The notes beneath the pieces were generated by a model, which ran no database searches, had not been told where the DNA came from, and was given only the letters and a program-made list of their open reading frames with translations. A DNA stretch of 64,000 nt from Candidatus Latescibacterota bacterium. GTDB lineage: Bacteria > Latescibacterota > UBA2968. Shown piece by piece: positions 9,087 through 18,956 of the stretch. The DNA lies in assembly GCA_965205975.1 (NCBI GenBank), contig OZ242195.1:3616001-3680000 (forward strand). The letters run 5' to 3'. How positions within the stretch are numbered: the stretch's first letter is position 1; every line of letters starts with the position of its first letter. Both the position numbers and the translations under genes were made by a program.

Positions 9087-10463
9087 ATGCCAGTTCGCGC
9101 TTATAAAGGTCAGCCCAAATCCCCCAAGTCACGCAAACGATGGGTCTTCTTCTGCTTACTGATATCCGTCAGTGTGCTCTTCGGCCTTGGCAAAGAACCG
9201 GCAAAAGATGAACCCATCGCAAAAATGACTGAAGAAAGCTCCGCAGAACCCGTTTCCGTTGAAGCAGATCTCATTCTCCCACTTACCCCTCCAAAATCCA
9301 AAACTACCAGAATTGTGGGCTATATCGCCAATAAAGAAAACCTCACCGAAGCCCTCACGAGCGAAAATATCTCACGTACCGATGTTCTCGGACTTATCGA
9401 TGTGCTACACAGAGATATTAAACGCGCGTCATTCAATCCCAATATTGTTCGGCGTGGGGACCGCTATGAACTGGTAATCGACAGCCATTCAACCATTCAG
9501 CACCTCAAATACACCAGACAGAACGACCCTGAAACGCAATTTATTGTCGAACGAATAAATGGCCAACTCAAAGCCAGGCAAGAAAACCTGCCATTGAAGC
9601 GAGAGGCCATTATCGTATCTGGCCGCATAAAAGATAACATCTGGAACGCGCTTCGTGAAACCGGTGAAAACCCGGCTCTTCTGTGCGACAAACTCGAATA
9701 TGTATTTGAATATTATATCGACTTTTACAACGACTGCAGAACAAGCGACCAGTTTACGCTCGTCGTTGAAAAACTCTACGGCAAATCCGGTGCCTTTGTC
9801 CGTTATGGCGATATTCTCACAGCCCAATACGAAGGGGATAATGAATCTTTTCAAGCATTTCTCTACACTGACCCCAAAGGAAACAGAAATTACTACGACG
9901 CTAAAGGCCACTCCCTCCAGGCACTTTTCTTACGCAAACCCCTGAACTTTACCCGCATCAGTTCCCCATTTACCAGCCGTAGATTTCATCCCATACTAAA
10001 AAAATACACGCGCCATCACGGCGTGGATTACGCCGCACCTTATGGAACAAAAGTCTGGGCCATTGCCAACGGCAAGGTTGCTTTTGTCGGACGCAAAGGA
10101 CCCCTCGGCAACTATATCGAAATCGAACACAGCAATGGCTATAAAACCGGCTATGGCCATCTGAGGGGATTTGCACGAGGACTGAAAAAAGGACAGCGCG
10201 TCAACCAAAAACAAACCATCGGTTACGTCGGCTCGACCGGACGCTCTACAGGCCCACACCTGCACTTCAACTTTTACGCCACAGTCAATGGCAAATACAA
10301 ACTGATCAACCCAACGCGAAAAATCAATCGTCCCGCAGGCCAACCCATCTCCGAAAAATACATGGCGTATTTTCGCCAGCAGCGCGACCGGTATCTCGCG
10401 CTCTTAGATCGCAAAAACGGTTCAATCGTCACAACCGCATTGCCGATAAGGGTAGCAGAGTAA
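9087..10463 (+). CDS. M23 family peptidoglycan DD-metalloendopeptidase (MepM-like)
   Basis: N-terminal TM; HHGVDYAAP, YGHL and STGPHLHF motifs. Confidence 0.9.
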   Translation: MPVRAYKGQPKSPKSRKRWVFFCLLISVSVLFGLGKEPAKDEPIAKMTEESSAEPVSVEADLILPLTPPKSKTTRIVGYIANKENLTEALTSENISRTDVLGLIDVLHRDIKRASFNPNIVRRGDRYELVIDSHSTIQHLKYTRQNDPETQFIVERINGQLKARQENLPLKREAIIVSGRIKDNIWNALRETGENPALLCDKLEYVFEYYIDFYNDCRTSDQFTLVVEKLYGKSGAFVRYGDILTAQYEGDNESFQAFLYTDPKGNRNYYDAKGHSLQALFLRKPLNFTRISSPFTSRRFHPILKKYTRHHGVDYAAPYGTKVWAIANGKVAFVGRKGPLGNYIEIEHSNGYKTGYGHLRGFARGLKKGQRVNQKQTIGYVGSTGRSTGPHLHFNFYATVNGKYKLINPTRKINRPAGQPISEKYMAYFRQQRDRYLALLDRKNGSIVTTALPIRVAE

Positions 10464-10514
10464 GGCTATCTTTCGTCGAACTTTTGAATAAACGTTAGAT
10501 TCTTGAATTGTGTA

Positions 10515-10541
10515 ACCGTGATTATTCACGGTCTTTTTTTT
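10515..10541 (+). terminator. Intrinsic terminator
   Basis: ACCGTGA-TTAT-TCACGGT stem-loop followed by a T run. Confidence 0.7.
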
Positions 10542-10552
10542 CGAGTTATCTC

Positions 10553-11704
10553 ATGAAAATCGCCTATTTCGACTGTTTTGCCGGCATCAGCGGCGACATG
10601 ACCCTCGGCGCGCTCGTCGATGCGGGCCTGTCTTTTGCCGCTCTGAAATCCGAACTCGACAAACTCAGTGTACGCGAATTCACCCTCTCTCAGCGTCGCG
10701 TGGAAAAACACGGCATTGCCGGCACAAAAATAGACGTCAACGCTCGGGAAGGCCACGTCCACCGGCACCTGAAAGACGTCCTTGAAATCATCAACAACAG
10801 CGCGATATCGGCCTCTGCAAAAGAAAAAGCCGCGCGCGTCTTTCAAAAACTCGCCGAAGCCGAAGCAAAAATCCACGGCACCACCATTGAAGCGGTCCAC
10901 TTCCACGAAGTAGGCGCAGTAGATGCCATCGTCGATGTCGTCGGCACTATCGTCGGCCTCGAACTCCTCGAAATCGAAGCGATCTACGCCTCCAAATTCC
11001 GATTTGGCTCGGGCCACACGCGGGGCGCACACGGGGCAATGCCCGTCCCTGTTCCCGCAGTCGTAGAAATGACAAAAGGCTTTCCATCGGAACGCACAGA
11101 TATCCCGTATGAACTCGTCACCCCCACCGGTGCGGCCCTCCTCACGGCACTCGCCTCTAATATTGGCGAAACCATTCAGCTACGCACGGAAAGCACGGGT
11201 TATGGCGCTGGCACGCGCGATGTCGAACAGGTACCCAACCTCCTCCGCGTCGAAATCGGCAAACTCGTCGCAGATCCCCAGACTGATACCCCCGTTCTAC
11301 TCGAAACAAATATCGACGACATGACCCCCGAAATTTACGGCTACCTCATCGACCGCCTGCTCGAAGCCGGCGCTCGCGACGCCTTCCTCACCCCCGTCAT
11401 CATGAAAAAAGGCCGCCCAGGCATTCAACTCACCGTTCTGGCCGACCCCAACAAAGAAACCGAACTCACCGAACTCATCTTCTCAGAAACCACCACCCTC
11501 GGCATCCGCCGCCTGCCCGTTCAGCGTCACACCCTCGAACGCCGCACAGACACCGTCCAAACCCCTTATGGACCCATTCGCGTTAAAATTGCCGACATTG
11601 GCGGCAAACAGCGCATCACCCCCGAATACGACGACTGCGCCCGCATTGCACGCGAAAAACAGGTGCCGATACTCGACGTTTACAAAGCTGTAAATTCACG
11701 ATAA
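10553..11704 (+). CDS. larC: Nickel pincer cofactor biosynthesis protein LarC
   Basis: YFDCFAGISGDM, VHFHEVGAVDAIVD, TPTGAA, ETNIDD, MKKGRPG, PEYDD. Confidence 0.93.
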   Translation: MKIAYFDCFAGISGDMTLGALVDAGLSFAALKSELDKLSVREFTLSQRRVEKHGIAGTKIDVNAREGHVHRHLKDVLEIINNSAISASAKEKAARVFQKLAEAEAKIHGTTIEAVHFHEVGAVDAIVDVVGTIVGLELLEIEAIYASKFRFGSGHTRGAHGAMPVPVPAVVEMTKGFPSERTDIPYELVTPTGAALLTALASNIGETIQLRTESTGYGAGTRDVEQVPNLLRVEIGKLVADPQTDTPVLLETNIDDMTPEIYGYLIDRLLEAGARDAFLTPVIMKKGRPGIQLTVLADPNKETELTELIFSETTTLGIRRLPVQRHTLERRTDTVQTPYGPIRVKIADIGGKQRITPEYDDCARIAREKQVPILDVYKAVNSR

Positions 11705-11739
11705 CGCAGGTATAGCTACCCTCCCCCCGGTCTCTCCCC

Positions 11740-11780
11740 AGTACGAGGAAGAGGAGACATACTCTCCCCTTCCTCGTACT
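11740..11780. repeat. Palindromic hairpin element
   Basis: AGTACGAGGAAGAGGAGA...TCTCCCCTTCCTCGTACT imperfect stem; supplies the stop codon of the adjacent ORF. Confidence 0.7.
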
Positions 11781-12156
11781 ACCGCTCCAGAAGACCCTCA
11801 GGATCAAACAGAATCTCCGCATACGATGCATCCCACAGTTCCGTATCATCCCAATCGCGCGCGCTTTCAGCAGCAAAATCTACATACTTGATATCATAGA
11901 GTTGCCCCGCCAATTTGGTAATTCCAACAGCAATCGGAGGCTTACTCGATTGCCAGTCCTCAAAGGCTTCCGCAGTCAAATAGATGGTTACATCGATCTC
12001 TGAGAAATGATCTGCATAACCCCGTGAAAGGCCACCATTCAAGGTTAAGCCTATGACACCCGGCAACGCTTCAAACTCCGGCAACATCTTTTCCAAATGA
12101 TGTCGAAGCGCAGCGATCTTGTTCTCAGACTCGATTTGCACCTGTGGACGATTCAT
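11779..12156 (-). pseudogene. Nucleotidyltransferase-fold protein, probably C-terminally truncated
   Basis: GGLSRGYADHFSEIDV NTase-like motif. The ORF ends abruptly at LFDPEGLLER* at a hairpin. The ORF-track TTG start is the -35 box of a TTGACA-17-TATGAT promoter (12188-12216). Confidence 0.55.
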
Positions 12157-12352
12157 TCTATTTATAACCTCATTTGGTGACAAAAATATCATATCCAATT
12201 CAGCGCAGTTTGTCAACGCGCTGTTCTCATCAGCAAAGGCTCGTGGGGCACAGTCCTTTCCCGACCGTTATTTGCTTTAAAGTATGGAAATTTTGTCTGA
12301 AAATGTATATATTTATATATAAATATTGACGATTTGTAACATCAGGAAGGCT

Positions 12353-12949
12353 ATGGACAAATCACAGAAACCCAGTGTTCTCGAACTTGTAAAACAGGCG
12401 GGTATGCTCAGGCCGCGGGATCTGGACCAATATGGGATCCCACGTGAATACCTCAGCAGGCTCAGAAACCGGGGCATGCTGCGCCAGGTAGGACGGGGGC
12501 TTTACACCCTCCCTGATGCCGAGTGGACGGCACATCATAGCCTGGCGGAAGCCTGCAAGAGGGTGCCCCAGGGCGTCATCTGTCTGCTTTCTGCGCTACA
12601 GTTCCACGAACTGACCACGCAGCTCCCATTTCAAGTGTGGATGGCAATTCCAAACAAAGCGCGTAAGCCCAAAGTGGATGGGCTACAGATTCGATTTGCT
12701 CGTTTTTCAGGACCTGCCTTTGATGAGGGTATCGAGAGACACACCATTGAGCACATTCAAGTTCGGATCTACAATCCGGCCAAAACTGTGGTGGACTGCT
12801 TTAAATACCGAAACAAAATCGGCCTAGATGTAGCCATCGAAGCCCTACGAGACTGCATTCGAGAGCGGAAAGCGGACGACCTCTGGTACTTCGCACAAAT
12901 TTGTCGGATGACCAACGTGATGCGGCCCTATATGGAGGCAGTAATATGA
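12353..12949 (+). CDS. abiEi: Type IV TA antitoxin AbiEi (transcriptional regulator)
   Basis: N-terminal wHTH with RGLY; ICLLSALQFHELTTQ.P; YNPAKTVVDCFKYRNKIGLDVAIEAL. Confidence 0.85.
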   Translation: MDKSQKPSVLELVKQAGMLRPRDLDQYGIPREYLSRLRNRGMLRQVGRGLYTLPDAEWTAHHSLAEACKRVPQGVICLLSALQFHELTTQLPFQVWMAIPNKARKPKVDGLQIRFARFSGPAFDEGIERHTIEHIQVRIYNPAKTVVDCFKYRNKIGLDVAIEALRDCIRERKADDLWYFAQICRMTNVMRPYMEAVI

Positions 12950-13899
12950 GCACTGGGAGGATAAAGCATCTGCCGGTCTCGGTACGCCAGCACTTGCAAA
13001 ATCTCAGGGACAAAACTGGGGAAGATTACCAGCTTTTGCTTACCACCTATGCCCTGGAGAGACTGCTCTACCGACTTTCGCAGTCGAAATATGCAGATCG
13101 GTTTGTGCTCAAAGGCGGAATGCTTTTCGTTGCCCTTACAGGTAAATCGCATCGGGTCACTCGGGATCTGGACTTGCTGGGTTATGGAGATGCGTCGGCA
13201 GAACATATTGTACAGGTTTTTCGACAAATCTCTACAACATCTGTTGAACCGGATGGGATGATATTTGATCCGGAAGGCATCACGGTTCAGGCGATCCGTG
13301 AGGACCAGGCGTACGAAAGCCAGCGGGTGCGTCTGATGGCCCGGCTTGATACGGCAGTATTCCCAATTACAGTAGATATTGGGTTCGGAGATGTCGTCAC
13401 ACCAGAGGCGAAGCACCTGACCTTTCCAAGTCTGCTGGATTTCCCGGAACCTCTGGTGCTTGCATACCCACCCGAAACAGTTGTATCCGAAAAACTTCAG
13501 GCCCTGGTCTATCTGGGCATGCGAAACAGTCGTATGAAGGACTTCTACGACCTTTATCTGATGGCCAGGACTTTTTCATTTGAAGGGCCGGTGCTCATTG
13601 AGGCCATTCGGGCGACGTTTGCGCAGCGAAAGACATATCTGCCAACAGATCAACCAGTTGCGTTGCGGAAGCAATTCGCTGAAGACTCAGTGAAACAAAC
13701 ACAATGGGAAGGATTTCTGAACCGAAGTGGTCTATCTGATGCTCCTATGAAGCTTTCGACAGTAGTTGAAACCTTGAATACCTTTCTTACACCTTTGCTC
13801 AGTGCGGCCGAAGAAGGCGGGGGATACAATCAGGTATGGCGAGACGGCGGTCCGTGGCGGCTCAGCGAAGTACTTGGAGAAAGCGATAAAATAGGGTGA
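12946..13899 (+). CDS. abiEii: Type IV TA toxin AbiEii/AbiGii nucleotidyltransferase
   Basis: ERLLYRL, FVLKGG, R.TRDLDL, EK..A, NSRMKDFYD; ATGA overlap with abiEi. Confidence 0.88.
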   Translation: MSTGRIKHLPVSVRQHLQNLRDKTGEDYQLLLTTYALERLLYRLSQSKYADRFVLKGGMLFVALTGKSHRVTRDLDLLGYGDASAEHIVQVFRQISTTSVEPDGMIFDPEGITVQAIREDQAYESQRVRLMARLDTAVFPITVDIGFGDVVTPEAKHLTFPSLLDFPEPLVLAYPPETVVSEKLQALVYLGMRNSRMKDFYDLYLMARTFSFEGPVLIEAIRATFAQRKTYLPTDQPVALRKQFAEDSVKQTQWEGFLNRSGLSDAPMKLSTVVETLNTFLTPLLSAAEEGGGYNQVWRDGGPWRLSEVLGESDKIG

Positions 13900-14011
13900 G
13901 GTAGATTCGAAATAGTTCCATTGTTATTCCACGCAATAGACAGTTGCGAGAACCGAATTCACCTACTATTTTACCAGAGAATTTATGGAACTAAAACAGC
14001 GGAGGAAAATA

Positions 14012-16294
14012 ATGAAACTCTGGTATGACGAACCGGCGGAAAATTGGAATCACGCCTTGCCCGTGGGGGCAGGGAAACTCGGCGCCATGGTATTTGGTGG
14101 GGTGAGTAATGAACGCATACAAATGAACGAAGACTCGCTCTGGGCGGGACCTCCCGTACCCAAATCACCACCGGGCGCGCAACAGGTCGTCGCACGCGCG
14201 CGTCAACTGCTCTTTGAAGGCAAATACACCGAAGCGCAGGACCTCGTACAAGAAGGCGTCCTGGGAGAACGCATAGTACCGCGCAGCTATCAGACATTGG
14301 GCGACTTATTCATCGAGCAAAGCGGCGTCGAACAACACACCGATTACCGCCGCGAGCTCTCACTAAACTCTGCAATCGCCACAACGCGATGGGTCGCAAA
14401 TGGCGTCGCATATCACCGAGAAGTATTTGCCACCGCAATCGACCGGGCAATAATCTGTCGCATCGCATCGGATAAAGCAGGCGCAATATCGTGTCGGATA
14501 TCCTTTCACCGAGAAGAAAACGCACAGTGGTCGGGCATATCTGAAAACACACTCCTCATAACCGGCCGTGCGGGACACGGAGAAACCCATCCCGGCGTAA
14601 AATTCTCTGCAGGAATCAAAGCAATTGCCGAAAACGGGCGCGTACAATGTTCTAACGACGCCCTCATCGTCGAAAATGCAGACACAGTCACAATCGTCGT
14701 CTGCGCCGACACAGACTACAACTTTGACGCCCCCTACACGCCCCTGACACACGACCTGAAAGCCTCCGTAATATCCACAATCGATAGTGTGCGTCCATAC
14801 CCCCGCGTAAAGCGCGAACACGTTCGGGATCACAGCACCTACTTTAACCGATGCGCCTTCTCCCTCGGAGAAGACAAAAATGACAACATCCCCACAGACC
14901 GCCGCCTCGCCGAATTCGAACACACATCGGACCCTGCGCTCGTTGCACTCTACTTCAACTTCGGACGGTACCTGACAATCTGTTGCTCGCGCCCGGGCAG
15001 TTTGTGCGCCAATCTACAGGGCATCTGGAACCAGGAATACGAAGCCCCCTGGAACAGCGACTACCACATCAACATCAATATCCAGATGATCTACTGGCTC
15101 TGTGAACTCGTCGGCCTGCCCGAATGCCATGAACCGTATTTGGAGTTTTCAAACGCCCTGCGCGAAACAGCGCGCGAAACAGCAACAGAAGTCTATGGCT
15201 GTCGCGGAACAGCAGCGCATCACACAACAGATGCGTGGCGATTCACCGACCCATTGGGAAAGGTACAATACGGCATGTGGCCCATGGGCTGTGGATGGAA
15301 CAGCAGGCACTTTATGGAACACTGGGATTTTAACGGATCAGAAACATTTCTGCGAGACCAGGCCTGGCCGGTTGCGCGGGATGCCGCCCTGTTTTACCTC
15401 GACTGGTTGGCAGAAGATCCAAAAACCGGCAAACTCGTATCCGGTCCATCTTCTTCGCCGGAAAATCGCTTCCTCGCGCCGGACACACAGGACGTATGCA
15501 ACCTCGTCATGGGACCGAGCATGGACCAGCAGATCATCTGGGAAACATTTACAAATTGTCTGCGCTGTGCCGAAATCCTATCTCTCGACGACCCCATTAT
15601 CGACGACATAAAAAGCGCATTATCCCGTCTCGCGGAACCGCAAATCGGCTCTGACGGACGCCTGATGGAATGGACGGAAGAATTTGAAGAACCAGAACCG
15701 GGACACCGGCATATTTCACATATCTACGGCGTATATCCCGGTTTCCAACTCGTCAACCACCCCGATTTCTTGGCTGCCACGCGCAAAAGCATAGAACATC
15801 GCCTCGCGCATGGCGGCGGACACACGGGCTGGAGCAGAGCCTGGCTCATCAATGTATGGGCGCGTCTCAAAGACGCGGATTGCGCCTGGGAAGATGTGCG
15901 GCAACTGCTCATACGCTCGACACTACCCAACCTATTCGACAACCATCCCCCGTTTCAGATGGACGGCAACATGGGCGGTGCCGCGGGCATTGCGGAAATG
16001 ATATTGCAAAGCCATCACAACGCCGTCGAATTCTTTCCCGCACTGCCAGACGCATGGGCAGAAGGCAACGCAGAAGGACTGCGGGCAAGGGGTGGATTTA
16101 TTGTAGATTTACAATGGAAAAACGGGGAAAAATCCGCGCACATAACTTCCCTATTGGGCAATCCCATTCGCCTGCTATACAATGGATCTATGCGCGCTGT
16201 CAATGACGACCGGACGGTCATCGCAGAGGACCAGGGGGAAATTGCGTTCCAAACAGAAAAAGGAAAAAGCTACAATATTGCGCTCGGGGTATAA
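14012..16294 (+). CDS. GH95 alpha-L-fucosidase-like glycoside hydrolase
   Basis: [56 protein letters not shown]. Confidence 0.92.
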   Translation: MKLWYDEPAENWNHALPVGAGKLGAMVFGGVSNERIQMNEDSLWAGPPVPKSPPGAQQVVARARQLLFEGKYTEAQDLVQEGVLGERIVPRSYQTLGDLFIEQSGVEQHTDYRRELSLNSAIATTRWVANGVAYHREVFATAIDRAIICRIASDKAGAISCRISFHREENAQWSGISENTLLITGRAGHGETHPGVKFSAGIKAIAENGRVQCSNDALIVENADTVTIVVCADTDYNFDAPYTPLTHDLKASVISTIDSVRPYPRVKREHVRDHSTYFNRCAFSLGEDKNDNIPTDRRLAEFEHTSDPALVALYFNFGRYLTICCSRPGSLCANLQGIWNQEYEAPWNSDYHININIQMIYWLCELVGLPECHEPYLEFSNALRETARETATEVYGCRGTAAHHTTDAWRFTDPLGKVQYGMWPMGCGWNSRHFMEHWDFNGSETFLRDQAWPVARDAALFYLDWLAEDPKTGKLVSGPSSSPENRFLAPDTQDVCNLVMGPSMDQQIIWETFTNCLRCAEILSLDDPIIDDIKSALSRLAEPQIGSDGRLMEWTEEFEEPEPGHRHISHIYGVYPGFQLVNHPDFLAATRKSIEHRLAHGGGHTGWSRAWLINVWARLKDADCAWEDVRQLLIRSTLPNLFDNHPPFQMDGNMGGAAGIAEMILQSHHNAVEFFPALPDAWAEGNAEGLRARGGFIVDLQWKNGEKSAHITSLLGNPIRLLYNGSMRAVNDDRTVIAEDQGEIAFQTEKGKSYNIALGV

Positions 16295-16308
16295 GTTATT
16301 CAAGCGCA

Positions 16309-16368
16309 CTGGATCGCGGCTCAAGCATGCCCTTGCATGATTTAAGCAGGGGACCATGCCGCGATGAC
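16309..16368. repeat. CTGGATCGCGGC...GCCGCGATGAC palindromic repeat, copy 1 (with nested insert)
   Basis: Same arms as the copies at 21945, 25964 and 40440; lies between convergent genes. Confidence 0.85.
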
Positions 16369-16393
16369 GGCTTTGTTGATGAAATTGTTGGCA

Positions 16394-17161
16394 TCATCTC
16401 CCAATAATCAACCCATCGGGATCGACCTCATCGCGCAAAATGCACAACTCCGCTTCCGTGGGCGGCACAGTCTCTTCAAGAGAATCTACCCGACCCAATT
16501 CAAACCCGGTATTTATCTTCACCTCATCAAACGTCACGCCGGGGTGCAAACTCTCGACCTGCATCCGACATGTATCTTCATCAAAACTCATCACACCCAG
16601 ATCCGTAATCACGCGATAGGGTCCCCCACCTATGGGCAACCCCGCAGCCTCGCGCGCGCCCGACCCGGTCAGAAAACCCGGCGTCGTCAAAAAATCGATC
16701 TCTTCCACAAAACGACGGCGATCGTGCTGTGTAATAATCAGCGTGCGCCAGCAAAAACTCGCAAAATCATTGGCACCTCCGCTACCCGGAAAACGCACGC
16801 GCGGCTTTTTGTAATCGCCAATAACCGTAGAATTTAAATTCCCATACGCATCGATCTGAGCACCGCCCAAAAACGCGTAATCCATCACACCCCGCTGACA
16901 CGTCTCCATAATATCACACATACTCGTCGCCATAAGCGCCCGGTGTGTCGTGCGCGAATCGCCCACAGAAATAGGCATCGCGGGCAACATCGGCGCCAAG
17001 CCACCCGCCTCAAAAGCCACCAAAAGCCCCGGCGCATGCGTCTTTTGTGCCAGCATCGCCGCAGCACACGGCGCCCCTGTACCCACCCCAACAGTCGCCC
17101 CATCCTCCAGCAACCGGGACGCCACACAAATCGCCATTTCAACTTCATTATAATCAGACAT
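16394..17161 (-). CDS. Family I CoA-transferase subunit B (glutaconate/3-oxoadipate type)
   Basis: VGTG.P, FEAG, FLGGAQID.YGNLNST, PGSGGAND; start 17161. Confidence 0.88.
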   Translation of the reverse strand: MSDYNEVEMAICVASRLLEDGATVGVGTGAPCAAAMLAQKTHAPGLLVAFEAGGLAPMLPAMPISVGDSRTTHRALMATSMCDIMETCQRGVMDYAFLGGAQIDAYGNLNSTVIGDYKKPRVRFPGSGGANDFASFCWRTLIITQHDRRRFVEEIDFLTTPGFLTGSGAREAAGLPIGGGPYRVITDLGVMSFDEDTCRMQVESLHPGVTFDEVKINTGFELGRVDSLEETVPPTEAELCILRDEVDPDGLIIGR

Positions 17162-18161
17162 AACCTGTACCCTTACCTTCCAACCGCCGCAACTCCGCCA
17201 GCCGCTCTTCCCCACCGCAAATCTCCAGATAGTCCTCAAAACAATCGACACCGTACAAATACTTATCCAGAAACGCGCGATATGCCTCTGCATCTTGCTC
17301 TGCGTCCAACCACGCTTTGAGATGTACCTCATCCGAGAAATACTCCCCAGCCATATTGCCGGGATACGATCCATAAGGCACATGACACACCGCATCAACA
17401 CAAAAAGCCGGAATCGCGGTCGCATTGGGATCGCTGCGAATCTCATCTGTACTTATAATCCGCTCCGCACTCACAATCACACGTTTAGATGCACGCGACA
17501 AATCCCAATCCGCCACCGTAATACCCCGAATGCGACAATTCCCGAACAAATCACTCTCATGAACATGAATAAGCGCCACATCGGGATACAGAGCGGGCAC
17601 AGCCGTCAGCGATTTACCCGTAAAAGGACATTCGATCTCCTTAGCTGCACTCTCCCGAAACGTATCGGTCCCCAACATACTGCGAATCGGCATAAAAGGC
17701 ACACCTGTCGCCGCCGCCCGAAACCGACATGCCAGCGCGTAATTTGTCCACTCACACACCTCAACCTCTCCGCTCTCCATCAACCGCCGCGCCTGTGCCG
17801 ACAACCCGCGCGCTTCCAACCCCAAAATATATGCCGCATCCAAACGCGAAAAAATCTGCTTCCCCGTGCGCGTACCCGCTGCCAAAATCTGAAAATCATG
17901 CGTCGTCGTATGACCGGCAAACCCCAGATTTGTTCTCTCCTGCCGCACAACCTCGTGCAAAAGAGCCGTCGCAATCCTGTTCCCACCAAACCCGCCAGAA
18001 GCCAAATAATCCCCATCGTGCACAAACCGCGCAATCGCATCGGACACAGACATCAGCTTATCTGTCAACGCGCCCTTCTTCTCTCGAAAAAACGCCCGTG
18101 CAACATCTGGATCGGGATCTGTAAACAGCGGTCCCCGGCCTGTATTTTCAGAATTTGTCAT
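17154..18161 (-). CDS. Family I CoA-transferase subunit A
   Basis: RFRAAA.G.PF.P, PDVALIHV..D.FGN, VDAV...PYG.YP; start 18161. Confidence 0.88.
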   Translation of the reverse strand: MTNSENTGRGPLFTDPDPDVARAFFREKKGALTDKLMSVSDAIARFVHDGDYLASGGFGGNRIATALLHEVVRQERTNLGFAGHTTTHDFQILAAGTRTGKQIFSRLDAAYILGLEARGLSAQARRLMESGEVEVCEWTNYALACRFRAAATGVPFMPIRSMLGTDTFRESAAKEIECPFTGKSLTAVPALYPDVALIHVHESDLFGNCRIRGITVADWDLSRASKRVIVSAERIISTDEIRSDPNATAIPAFCVDAVCHVPYGSYPGNMAGEYFSDEVHLKAWLDAEQDAEAYRAFLDKYLYGVDCFEDYLEICGGEERLAELRRLEGKGTGYV

Positions 18162-18171
18162 TATTCCCACC

Positions 18172-18942
18172 TCACAGTGCTGTCCAACCGCCATCCACCA
18201 GCAGCGTATGCCCCGTAATAAGATCCGCAGCCGGACTGGCCAAAAACACCACCGCACCCACCACATCTTCGGGCTTTCCCACGCGCCCAAGAGGAATGCG
18301 AGAAAGCAAATCCTCGCGCAACGCCTCATCGTCAAAGGTCGCTTGTGTCAACGGCGTCAAAATAAACGTCGGACCCACGGCATTCACCGTAATCTGATAA
18401 GGTGCCCACTCCACAGCCAACACCCGCGTCAGATTCACCACACCGGCCTTACTCGAACAATAAGCCGCGCGCTTGTAATAACCCACCACCCCATTTTGCG
18501 ACGCAATATTCACAATTTTGCCACCACCCGTCTCAATCATCGACCGCGCCACGCGCTGCGACATAAAAAACAACCCCTTCAAATTCACATCCAGCACCCC
18601 ATCCCAATCCGCCTCTGTCACCTCGAGCGCGTCCCTGGGAATATTCACACCCGCATTATTCACCAGAATATCAACCCGGCCATAAGTATCGACAACCCGG
18701 CTCACCGCCGCATCAATACTCTCCTGACCCGGCAATTCCAACGCCAATGGCAACGCCCGCTGCTCCAAATCTTCAACCGCTTCGCACACCTCATCCAGCG
18801 CATCAACCTTCTGTGGCACCTCACACACCGCCACATCCGCACCCACCTCAGCCACCGCCAGCGCAATCGCCCGCCCAATACCCGAACCCGCGCCCGTCAC
18901 CAGCACCACCTTATCGTCCAATCGCATACTGGGCAAAACCAT
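18172..18942 (-). CDS. SDR family oxidoreductase (KduD/gluconate 5-dehydrogenase-like)
   Basis: TGAGSGIG, NNAG, YCSSK, VDGG. Confidence 0.9.
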   Translation of the reverse strand: MVLPSMRLDDKVVLVTGAGSGIGRAIALAVAEVGADVAVCEVPQKVDALDEVCEAVEDLEQRALPLALELPGQESIDAAVSRVVDTYGRVDILVNNAGVNIPRDALEVTEADWDGVLDVNLKGLFFMSQRVARSMIETGGGKIVNIASQNGVVGYYKRAAYCSSKAGVVNLTRVLAVEWAPYQITVNAVGPTFILTPLTQATFDDEALREDLLSRIPLGRVGKPEDVVGAVVFLASPAADLITGHTLLVDGGWTAL

Positions 18943-18956
18943 TACGCCCGCTCCTT

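Noticed and set aside
10553..11704. larC as part of a local lar operon
   Set aside because: No larA/B/E in the window; these genes are often dispersed, so this is unremarkable.
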